Assembly (NCBI GenBank): GCA_030699545.1
Contig: JAUYMC010000375.1
Coordinates: 1-48,556, forward strand
Length of the DNA: 48,556 nt
Direction: 5' to 3'
DNA from: Gemmatimonadales bacterium
GTDB taxonomy: Bacteria > Gemmatimonadota > Gemmatimonadetes > Gemmatimonadales > GWC2-71-9
The notes below the pieces were generated by a model. That model saw nothing but the letters and a program-made list of their open reading frames with translations. It was not told where the DNA came from and searched no databases. This document shows positions 9,257 through 16,980 of the stretch, piece after piece (the first letter of the stretch is position 1; every line of letters starts with the position of its first letter). The translations under genes were made by a program, and so were the position numbers.

Positions 9257-10189
9257 GTGCTCTGCCGCGGTCTGACCAAGCGGTTCGGCGACGTCGTCGC
9301 CGTCGCAGGTCTCGACCTCACCATCGCCGCCGGCGAGTGCTTTGGCCTGCTCGGCCCCAACGGGGCCGGCAAGACCACCACCATCGAAATCCTCGAAGGT
9401 CTCACCGCGCCGGACGGCGGGGAGGTGGCGCTGCTCGGCCAGCCCTGGCGGGACGGCGCCGAGGGGCGGGCGCTGCGCGAGCGGCTGGGCATCCAGCTGC
9501 AGGACACGCAGCTCGCCGACAAGCTGACGGTGGAGGAGACGCTCGCCCTGTTCCGCTCGTTCTACCGGAATGCGCACGGCGTGGACGAGGTGCTGGCGCT
9601 CGTGGAGCTCGAGGAGAAGCGCGGGGCGCGCGTCGTGACGCTGTCGGGGGGGCAGAAGCAGCGGCTCGCGGTCGCCTGTGCGCTCGTGAGCCGTCCCGAT
9701 CTCCTGTTCCTCGACGAGCCCACGACCGGACTCGACCCCCAGTCGCGCCGCCAGCTGTGGGACATCATCCGGCGGTTCCGCGCCGCGGGCGGCACGGTGC
9801 TGCTCACGACCCACTATATGGAAGAAGCGGAGCGGCTGTGCGATCGCGTCGCGATCATGGATCATGGGCGGATCATCGCCCTCGGCACGCCCACGGCGCT
9901 GATCGCGTCACTCGGCGCCGACCATGTCGTGGAATTTGCGCTCGTCGAAGGCGCGGGGGGGGAGGGACTCGACGCCGACCTCCGCGGTCTCCCCGGCGTG
10001 AAGGTGGCCCGCGCGCGGGCGACCGGAGGCGGCCACTCGCTTACCGTGGCCGAAGTCCATCGTGCGGTGCCGGCGCTTCTCGCCCTGCTCGAGCGCCGCG
10101 GCGCGGAGCTGTCCCTCCTCACGACGCATCATGCGACGCTCGAGGACGTGTTCGTCTCCCTGACCGGCCGGCAGCTGCGTGATCCGTGA
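9257..10189 (+). CDS. ABC transporter ATP-binding protein (DrrA/ABC-2 exporter type)
   Basis: Walker A GPNGAGKTT, signature LSGGQKQR, Walker B LLFLDEPTTGLD. The start is uncertain: GTG at 9257, or CTG at 9224 overlapping the upstream stop. Confidence 0.85.
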   Translation: MLCRGLTKRFGDVVAVAGLDLTIAAGECFGLLGPNGAGKTTTIEILEGLTAPDGGEVALLGQPWRDGAEGRALRERLGIQLQDTQLADKLTVEETLALFRSFYRNAHGVDEVLALVELEEKRGARVVTLSGGQKQRLAVACALVSRPDLLFLDEPTTGLDPQSRRQLWDIIRRFRAAGGTVLLTTHYMEEAERLCDRVAIMDHGRIIALGTPTALIASLGADHVVEFALVEGAGGEGLDADLRGLPGVKVARARATGGGHSLTVAEVHRAVPALLALLERRGAELSLLTTHHATLEDVFVSLTGRQLRDP

Positions 10190-11216
10190 GCATCCGATGT
10201 TCCAGCTGGCGCTCGCGCGGATGCGCGAGTTCTACCGCGAGCCGGAGGCGGTCTTCTGGGTGTTCGGATTCCCGATCGTGCTGGCGTTCGCCCTCGGGCT
10301 CGCGTTCCGGAACGCGGGACCGGGGGAGCTGCAGGTCGGTGTGGCGGCCGGCGCGGCGGGAGACCGCGCGCTGGTGGCGTCGCTCGACTCCTCGCCGCGG
10401 CTCGCCGCCTCGGTGCTCGATACCGGCGAAGCGCGGCGGCGGCTGCGCACCGGCCGCATCGCGCTGCTCGTGGTGCCCGGCGACTCCCTCATCTATCGCT
10501 ACGACTCGACGCGCACGGAGAGCCGGCTGGCCCGGCTCGAAGTCGACGACATCGTGCAGCGCGCGCGCGGGCGGCGGGACCCCGCCGTCGTCCGCGATGA
10601 TCGGGTGGCGGCGGCAGGCTCACGGTATATCGACTTTCTGATCCCCGGCCTGCTGGGCATGAATCTCCTCGGCAGCGGGATCTGGGGCGTGGGCTTTTCG
10701 GTGGTGCAGGCGCGGCAGAAGAAGCTGCTCAAGCGCTTCATGGCGACCCCGATGCGGCGCAGCCACTACCTGCTGAGCTTCATTCTTTCCCGGCTCGTCT
10801 TTTTGATTCTCGAAGTCGCCGCGCTGGTGGGATTCGGCTGGCTGATGTTCGACGTCGGTGTGCGGGGCTCGTGGCTGACGCTGGCCGGCATCACCCTGCT
10901 CGGCGCGTTTGCGTTCGCCGGCCTGGGACTGCTGGTCGCGAGCCGCGCGCGCACCATCGAGGGGGTCTCGGGACTGATGAACCTCGTGATGCTGCCGATG
11001 TGGATTCTGTCGGGGACCTTCTTTTCGTACGCGCGCTTTCCCGACGCGATGATTCCGTTCGTCAAAGCGCTGCCCCTGACCGCCCTGAACGACGCGCTGC
11101 GCGCCGTCATGATCGACGGGACCGGCGTCGCCGCCCTGGGGGTGCCGCTGGCGATCGTCGCGGGGTGGGGCGCGCTGAGCTTCGTGATCGCGCTGCAGAT
11201 CTTCCGCTGGCGCTAG
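10179..11216 (+). CDS. ABC-2 type transporter permease
   Basis: 345 aa, with one N-terminal TM, an extracytoplasmic loop, then 5 TMs (ABC-2 topology). GTG at 10179 overlaps the ATPase end; the alternative start is ATG at 10197. Confidence 0.8.
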   Translation: MIREHPMFQLALARMREFYREPEAVFWVFGFPIVLAFALGLAFRNAGPGELQVGVAAGAAGDRALVASLDSSPRLAASVLDTGEARRRLRTGRIALLVVPGDSLIYRYDSTRTESRLARLEVDDIVQRARGRRDPAVVRDDRVAAAGSRYIDFLIPGLLGMNLLGSGIWGVGFSVVQARQKKLLKRFMATPMRRSHYLLSFILSRLVFLILEVAALVGFGWLMFDVGVRGSWLTLAGITLLGAFAFAGLGLLVASRARTIEGVSGLMNLVMLPMWILSGTFFSYARFPDAMIPFVKALPLTALNDALRAVMIDGTGVAALGVPLAIVAGWGALSFVIALQIFRWR

Positions 11217-13024
11217 GGCGCCGGGTCGCGAAACAGCGCGGCCAGGCGGCGGAAAAACCCTCCCAGCGCGCTGTTCACCGCCGCGCGGAACGCGCCCGCC
11301 GAGTGGAACCGCTCCGCCGGATCGCTGCGCAGCGCGCGGCGCAGGACGTCTTCGAGCTCGCGCGGGACGCCGTCGCGTCCGCGGGACAGCGGCGGGAGGT
11401 CGTCGGTCGTCTGGCGCGCGAGAATCTGCTCCGGCGTCGTGCCGGTGAAGGGCGGGCGGCCCAGCAGCGCGAAGTACGCCACCGCGCCGAGGGAATAGAG
11501 ATCGGCCCGCTGGTCCACCCGCTCCCCGAGCAGCTGCTCGGGCGCCGCGAACTGCGGCGTGCCGCTGCGGGAGGTCGCCCCGCCGAAGCGCGCGCCGGCG
11601 CGCAGCGCGAGCGCGAGCCCGAAGTCGGTGATGCGGAGCCGGCCGTCCGGCTCGATCAGCATGTTCTCCGGCTTCAGGTCGCGGTGCACGAGCCCCAGCG
11701 CGTGCGAGTGCTCCAGCGCCGACAGCGCTTCGTTCAGCAGGCGCTCGGTCTGCGGCAACGACAGCGGACCGTGGCGCTGCACGACCTGCGCGAGGTTCGC
11801 GCCCGGCACGAACTCCATGGTGTACCAGGTCAGCCCCGCGCGGCTCATGATGTCGTAGATGCTCACGATATTGGGGTGCCGCAGCCGCGCCGCGAGCTGC
11901 GCTTCCCGCCGGAAGCGCTCCATCACCGCCGGATCCGCCGTCAGGGACGGATGCAGGACCTTCATCGCGACGTCACGCTCGAGGCCCAGGTCCCGTGCGC
12001 GGTACACCCGGCCGAATCCGCCGACGCCGATGGCCTCCAGCAGCTCGTAGTCGTCGCCCAGCGCGCGGCGCAGCCGCCGCTCGAAGCCCGACTCGCTCAG
12101 CTCCGGCGCCGCCGCGGGGACGTGGAACGTCCCCGCGTCGCTGACGAAATCCTCGAGCATTTCGGTCGCCGTGAAGTAGCGAGCCTGGGGCTCGGCCGAC
12201 AGCCCGCGCATGATCACACGCTCGACCGCCGCCGGAATCGCGGGTCGCAGCTGCCGCGGCGCCACGATCCGCGCCGGATCGGCATCGGGCTCCTGGCCGG
12301 TCAGCGCGAAGTAGAGGTTCGCCGCCACCGTGTACACGTCGCTGGCGGGCTCTCCCGCCGAGCCGGCCCGTGCCTCGGGCGCCATGAAAGGAATGGCGGG
12401 GTCGCCAGCCGCGGTCGGCGGCACGTGGGGCAGACACCAGCTCGCGAACCGCAGATCCGCGATCACGCCGCGCCCCTCGAAGTTGATCATCAAGGTCGTC
12501 GGCACGACGCGCCGCAGGATGATGCCCCGGGCGTGCGCGTGCTCGAGGGCGGCGAGCAGGTTGCGGATGAGCGACAGGCTGGTGGGAATGGGGCGGGGCC
12601 CGCGACGCACCGCGTCGGCGAGACTCTCCCCGGCGATCCAGGTCGACGTGCGGTAGGCGAGCGTGCCCAGCTGCCCGGCGGAGTAGACGTGCCGGATCGA
12701 GGGATGGTCGAGCGCCGCGAGTGTTTCGTTCTCGCGCAGGAACCAGGCGCGTCCCGGCGTGTCCGGCAGGAGGTGCAGCCGCAGGGCGATGGGGCGCTTC
12801 AGGAGCCGGTCCCACGCCTGATACAGCGCGCGTTCGGGAGAGAACGCGACGAGGCTGTCGAACCGGTAGGACGGTTCGAGCGCGCGAACGGCCTCGTCGA
12901 GCAAGCCGACGGGCGCAGACGGAGGATTGCCCGACGTCGGGGTGACCGGCGTCACCGGTGTGGGGCGGACGAGAGCGGCACCGCGGGGAAATGTAATGCC
13001 ATCATGTCGCGTCGCGGCTGGCAC
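11213..13024 (-). CDS. Cytoplasmic Ser/Thr protein kinase with N-terminal pseudokinase domain (tandem pseudokinase-kinase)
   Basis: The C-terminal half has GVGGFGRVY, VAMKVL, HRDLKPENML, DFG and APE. The N-terminal half has a kinase-like layout with degenerate motifs (no Gly loop, PIALRL, ILRRVVPTTLMI, ADLRFA, FMAPEA). GTG start at 13024 is uncertain. Confidence 0.85.
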   Translation of the reverse strand: MPAATRHDGITFPRGAALVRPTPVTPVTPTSGNPPSAPVGLLDEAVRALEPSYRFDSLVAFSPERALYQAWDRLLKRPIALRLHLLPDTPGRAWFLRENETLAALDHPSIRHVYSAGQLGTLAYRTSTWIAGESLADAVRRGPRPIPTSLSLIRNLLAALEHAHARGIILRRVVPTTLMINFEGRGVIADLRFASWCLPHVPPTAAGDPAIPFMAPEARAGSAGEPASDVYTVAANLYFALTGQEPDADPARIVAPRQLRPAIPAAVERVIMRGLSAEPQARYFTATEMLEDFVSDAGTFHVPAAAPELSESGFERRLRRALGDDYELLEAIGVGGFGRVYRARDLGLERDVAMKVLHPSLTADPAVMERFRREAQLAARLRHPNIVSIYDIMSRAGLTWYTMEFVPGANLAQVVQRHGPLSLPQTERLLNEALSALEHSHALGLVHRDLKPENMLIEPDGRLRITDFGLALALRAGARFGGATSRSGTPQFAAPEQLLGERVDQRADLYSLGAVAYFALLGRPPFTGTTPEQILARQTTDDLPPLSRGRDGVPRELEDVLRRALRSDPAERFHSAGAFRAAVNSALGGFFRRLAALFRDPAP

Positions 13025-13053
13025 GAATCACCGGCCCGGCGCAGATTGATCGG

Positions 13054-13290
13054 GTGGACAGTGGGCACGAACTCCGGCATCGCGTCGAACGGCGCGTGCG
13101 GCCCGACCGCCGCAGCGGCCTCGACCGCCGGATCGCCGACCGCCGGCAGCGGTCCGTCACCATCCAGGTCGAGCGGCGCCGCAGGACGGAGCGGCGCGGT
13201 CTGGTCGAGCGCCGTTCCCCGCAGGAGCGCCGCAGCTGGATCGAGCGTCGGGGCTCGGGATTGACCGTCCGCGACCCTCATCCAAACTGA
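13054..13290 (+). CDS. Candidate small Arg-rich protein with [D/E]RR hexapeptide repeats (78 codons)
   Basis: Nine [D/E]RR triplets, mostly at a 6-residue period (ERRVRPDRRSGLDRRIADRR...ERRRRTERRGLVERRSPQERRSWIERR). By hand count 67 of 78 third codon positions are G/C. The overlapping tail of the convergent minus-strand gene has only about 24 of 38. No clear SD. GTG start. Confidence 0.45.
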   Translation: MDSGHELRHRVERRVRPDRRSGLDRRIADRRQRSVTIQVERRRRTERRGLVERRSPQERRSWIERRGSGLTVRDPHPN

Positions 13291-14338
13291 CGGCGACCCC
13301 CGCCCAGCTGTCCCGGCCGCCGCGCGAGTAGCGCGCGTCCCACAAGAACACCCGCAGGCCCCCTCCTTCGCGATGCACCGAATCGACGTCGGCGACCAGG
13401 AAGCGGGCGAAGTGCGCGATGGCGCGACCTTCCGGCGTCTCGCGAACGGCCCGCTGCACGGCGGGGGCATCGAGATGCCGCGGCAGGCGCCAGTCGTCCC
13501 CCGCGACGGTATCGCGGCTCGCAGACATCCCCTCCCACGTGAACGGCCACCCCGCGTCGGTGAGCGCGGCCCACGACGCGTCCGGTCCGAAGCGCCGCTG
13601 GGCCGTCTCGCGAATCTCCGCTTTGCGGAACTGCGCCACGATGCCCTGGCTGCCTGAGTAGAGCGCCAGCACGAGCAGCGCGAGTGCGGCGGCGCGGCGG
13701 CGGGCGACGGGACCGAACCAGTGGCGCACCCAGCCGACGAGCAGGAGCGCGATGATGGCGAAGTACAGCGCCACGATCCAGGGCGCGATGACGTTGGCCG
13801 TGCGCACCACCAGGTAGGTCATGAGTCCCACCGTGAGCAGCACGGCGGTCAGCGGACGCCAGTGGCGCTCACTGCCCCAGGCGAGCGCCGTCAAGGGCAG
13901 CACCCAGAAGAGCACGTCCACGATGGCCACCCAGTCGCCGTAGTACCAGCTGTCGTTCCACGGCAGGAACGGGCGTAACCCGTACGATCCCTGCCAATCC
14001 ATGAACGGATGACTGAAGACGGCGACCGCGATCGCGGTGGTGAGCGCTCCCCAGGGCGGGACGCGGCCGCCACCGCGCACCCGCGTCCACGCGCGCGCGC
14101 CCAGGCCGATCAGGAGCGTCAGCGCCACCGTTTCGACGACGGCGCCGAGCAGCGAATGGGTGATGCCGCGGTGCAGCATCAGGTACGCCGCACGCGGGCC
14201 CGGGAGTCCGATGAACAGCTCGGTCCAATCGGGCGCGTTCGCCGCGACGGCGCCGATCAACCCGGCGCGGGCGACGTGAGGATCGGCGGTCGCGCGGGCG
14301 AGCGCGGCGCCGACGAGTGCGTGGGCGAGGTTATCCAT
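13157..14338 (-). CDS. Membrane-bound metal-dependent hydrolase, YdjM/DUF457-like, with extra C-terminal domain
   Basis: N-terminal MDNLAHALVGAAL...HRGITHSLL and several TM helices fit the YdjM/DUF457 pattern. The last ~38 codons (13157-13273) are low-complexity with depressed GC3, so the functional C-terminus is doubtful. Confidence 0.7.
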   Translation of the reverse strand: MDNLAHALVGAALARATADPHVARAGLIGAVAANAPDWTELFIGLPGPRAAYLMLHRGITHSLLGAVVETVALTLLIGLGARAWTRVRGGGRVPPWGALTTAIAVAVFSHPFMDWQGSYGLRPFLPWNDSWYYGDWVAIVDVLFWVLPLTALAWGSERHWRPLTAVLLTVGLMTYLVVRTANVIAPWIVALYFAIIALLLVGWVRHWFGPVARRRAAALALLVLALYSGSQGIVAQFRKAEIRETAQRRFGPDASWAALTDAGWPFTWEGMSASRDTVAGDDWRLPRHLDAPAVQRAVRETPEGRAIAHFARFLVADVDSVHREGGGLRVFLWDARYSRGGRDSWAGVAVSLDEGRGRSIPSPDARSSCGAPAGNGARPDRAAPSCGAARPGW

Positions 14339-14395
14339 CGCTCCACGATCGCCTCACACCTCGCGGGCCGTCCAGGGCAACCGTACTTTGGAGCC

Positions 14396-16345
14396 GTGCC
14401 CTACCTGAAGCTGGTCGAGCCGGCACGCGGGCGAGTCACCGAAGCGCGCGACAGCGTGATTCGCTTCGGCCGCGATCCCGAGGCGAGGGTGCGCCCCGAC
14501 GGTGATGCGGCGCAGGTCGTGTCCACGCGCCACGCCGAGCTGCGCGCGGAGGCGGCCGGCTGGCTGCTGGTCGATCTCGGCAGCCGCAACGGCACCTATC
14601 TCAATGGAACGCGCGTCCCCGCTCCAGGGGCGCGCGTGGCTGTCGGCGACACGATTCGCCTCGGCGAATCAGGACCCGAGTACCAGGTGGCGGCGGTGAC
14701 GGAAGGGCCGGCCGCCACAGTTCCCGAGCAGCCGGCGATTCCCGACCGGCCGGCCGAAGTCCGGTCCTACGGCGTCACACTGCTCGCGACCACGACCGGG
14801 CGGCGCTATGAGGCGCGTGGCACCCGCATTCGGCTGGGCCGCGGTCGTGAGTGCGAGGTGCAGCCGGTCGAAGCGGACGACACGATCGTCTCGCGGGTCC
14901 ACGCCGAGCTGACGGTGGGTCCCGGCGGCGGGCTCGTCATTCGTGACGCCGAGAGCAAGAACGGCACGTTCCTGAACGGCGAGCGCATCACACGCGCGAT
15001 GCCCGTCCGCCTGGCCGACAAAATCATGCTCGGGCAGGGCGGGCCGGTACTGCTCGTCGAGGGCATGGGGACGGCCCCGCACAAGGTGGTCGCGCGGCCG
15101 CATGCCGGCCTGGGCCAGCAGACCGTCATCGGCCTCATCGGCCAGGCGCTGGCGAAAGCCAGGGAGGAGCGCCGGCGCGGCGGTCGCGGCTCGACCGCGT
15201 TCATGCGCGCGGTCGCCGACGAAGTGGGGAAGGACTCACGCCGCAAGATGCGCTGGCTGACCTCGCTCGTGATCGTGCTGGTGCTGCTGCTCGGCGGGGG
15301 GGTGTACGGCGTGTACTGGGCCCTGTCGCGCCAAGTGGCCGATACCGAGCGGGCGCTACGCTCGTCGGAAGACTCGGCGCGCGCCGAAACGGATCGGCTA
15401 CGGCGCGAGTTGGCGGAGGCGCGGGCGGCAGCGGCGCCGGCCTCCCAGGTCGAGCTGTTGCGCGGGCAGCTCGAGGCGGCGCAAACGCGCACCACCGCGC
15501 TGCAGGCCTCCCTGGAACGGGCGCAACAGGCGCTCGGCCAGCAACTCGCCGCGGGCGAAACGCGGCGCGAAGAGGCACGGCGCGATCTCGAGCGCATGCG
15601 CGAACAGCTCGCCGCCGCCGAGCAGCGGGCGCCGTCGCCGAGTCTCATCGACAGCCTGCGCCGAGCCGTCGCCGCGGCCGAGACCCGTACCGCGAGTCTC
15701 GACGCCAAGATGCGCGCGATCCGCGGCACGGACTTCGCCGGGCTGGCGCAGCAGCACCAGGGAGCGGTCGGGTTGATCACCGTGGCGCTGGACGGGAGCC
15801 GCTACGACGGCACCGGCTTCGTCATCAGCCCGGACGGCTACATGCTCACGAACTGGCATGTCGTCGCCGATTCGGCGCACGCGGGGCCGGATACGATGTG
15901 GGTGACGATGGCCGATCAGTCACAGGCCCGGGCCGCCGAAGTGATCGCCACCTCGCGCGAGCGCGACATCGCGCTGATCAGGATTCGCGGATACCAGGGA
16001 TCGCATCTGCCGTCGATCGATTGGGCGGGCACCAAGGCGCGGCAGGGCGAACCGGCGGCGCTCATCGGCTACCCGGCAGGGTCGGGATTCGCGCGCGACC
16101 GGGGCTCCGTGGTGCGCACGTCGATGACGGCCGGCATCCTGTCGCGCGTGACGCTGGACCTCATTCAGTTCGACGGCATGACGACAGGTGGCTCCTCAGG
16201 GAGCCCCGTGTTCAATGCGGATGGCGACGTGATCTCGGTGCATCGGGCGGGACTGCGGCAGGGACCGGGCTTTGCGCTCTCGGTTCCCGTGAAGTACGCG
16301 ATTCCCCTCATGCCGCCGGCGCTGCGCCAGCGGCTGGGGCTCTAG
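14396..16345 (+). CDS. Double-FHA / single-TM / coiled-coil / trypsin-like (S1C-type) serine protease
   Basis: GTG at 14396 preceded by GGAG. Two FHA cores (FGRD...STRHAEL...GSRNGTYLNG and LGRG...SRVHAEL...ESKNGTFLNG). TM WLTSLVIVLVLLLGGGVYGVYWAL. A long Ala/Glu/Arg/Gln coiled coil. Protease triad context TNWHVV, RDIALIRI, GGSSGSPVF. The track ORF 14009.. is an upstream extension. Confidence 0.85.
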   Translation: MPYLKLVEPARGRVTEARDSVIRFGRDPEARVRPDGDAAQVVSTRHAELRAEAAGWLLVDLGSRNGTYLNGTRVPAPGARVAVGDTIRLGESGPEYQVAAVTEGPAATVPEQPAIPDRPAEVRSYGVTLLATTTGRRYEARGTRIRLGRGRECEVQPVEADDTIVSRVHAELTVGPGGGLVIRDAESKNGTFLNGERITRAMPVRLADKIMLGQGGPVLLVEGMGTAPHKVVARPHAGLGQQTVIGLIGQALAKAREERRRGGRGSTAFMRAVADEVGKDSRRKMRWLTSLVIVLVLLLGGGVYGVYWALSRQVADTERALRSSEDSARAETDRLRRELAEARAAAAPASQVELLRGQLEAAQTRTTALQASLERAQQALGQQLAAGETRREEARRDLERMREQLAAAEQRAPSPSLIDSLRRAVAAAETRTASLDAKMRAIRGTDFAGLAQQHQGAVGLITVALDGSRYDGTGFVISPDGYMLTNWHVVADSAHAGPDTMWVTMADQSQARAAEVIATSRERDIALIRIRGYQGSHLPSIDWAGTKARQGEPAALIGYPAGSGFARDRGSVVRTSMTAGILSRVTLDLIQFDGMTTGGSSGSPVFNADGDVISVHRAGLRQGPGFALSVPVKYAIPLMPPALRQRLGL

Positions 16346-16361
16346 ACGGGTCGCGGGTCGG

Positions 16362-16664
16362 CTAGTTGCGGGAGTAGTCGATCGTCACGACCATCGCGGG
16401 CCGGTCGACGGGACGCGAGATCGAGACCTGCGCTACTGTCGTGACAGTAGTAGAAACAGTTGGCCGATCCGCGACCGCCTGAGTGATCGCGCCCCTGGCC
16501 GCCTGTAGGGCATTGGCACTGGTGCGGGTATCCACGACGGTGGCCGTTGCTTGCAGCGTGCCACGCGCTTGGGCTTCTGCGGTGCCCGGCGTCAGTGAGG
16601 CCACGACGAGGGCGACACTCAGGATCCCCGCGATTTTCAGAACCGGCCAGACATGAGCGTTCAT
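16362..16664 (-). CDS. Small secreted protein (100 aa) with pilin-like N-terminal strand
   Basis: ATG at 16664 (MNAHVWPVLKIAGILSVALVVASLTPGTAEAQA is signal-peptide-like). The mature N-terminus TLQATATVVDT resembles the N-terminus of the adjacent DUF4402-like subunit (NITATATVQTP). Ends ...MVVTIDYSRN. Confidence 0.6.
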   Translation of the reverse strand: MNAHVWPVLKIAGILSVALVVASLTPGTAEAQARGTLQATATVVDTRTSANALQAARGAITQAVADRPTVSTTVTTVAQVSISRPVDRPAMVVTIDYSRN

Positions 16665-16980
16665 GCCACTGCCTAGAGGCAGACGGCGTACCACGCTCCC
16701 ATCGATATCAAGTCGATGTAACAAAATAACTTACGACATTTGGGCGAACGTCGCGACGCGCCAGAAGTGTATAGACGCTTGACAGCCCTGCTCCATTGCG
16801 TTCCGTAAGTGCAAGTCCTATCTTCGCCTCCCCGTTTTTGGCCTATATCGTCTAATAATTTGACAATGACGGGGTATTGGAGGGGGGTGGCACGGGCCTT
16901 GCCACTAGAGGCATGCAGACGAGGAGGTGCTAAATGGCGCTTCCGTCTGACTAAAAGCTCGACACCCACAAGGGGACTAG
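16665..16980. promoter_or_regulatory. AT-rich divergent intergenic/promoter region of the fibre locus
   Basis: 316 nt, visibly much less GC-rich than the flanks. Lies between divergent starts at 16664 (-) and 16981 (+). TTGACA hexamers at 16779 and 16860. AAGGGGA SD 6 nt before ATG 16981. A 6-bp hairpin GTGGCA-N7-TGCCAC at 16887-16905. Confidence 0.55.

Noticed and set aside
11213-11216. Convergent gene pairs sharing a palindromic CTAG so that both stops overlap (11213-11216 and 38088-38091).
   Set aside because: Verified in the sequence, but two instances in a compact genome are most simply a consequence of gene packing. No flanking hairpin or conserved context suggests a dedicated element.
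12941-12960. Inverted/direct repeat GGTGACCGGCGTCACCGGTG near the kinase 5' end.
   Set aside because: It lies inside the coding sequence and simply encodes the low-complexity PVTPVTP peptide. The stem is only 6 bp.
16779-16865. Two TTGACA hexamers (16779-16784, 16860-16865) as -35 elements for the fibre operon.
   Set aside because: Neither has a credible TATAAT-like -10 at 16-19 nt spacing (the downstream hexamers read TCCGTA and GGGGGG). The promoter consensus for this lineage is also unknown. I kept only the general call of a promoter-containing region.
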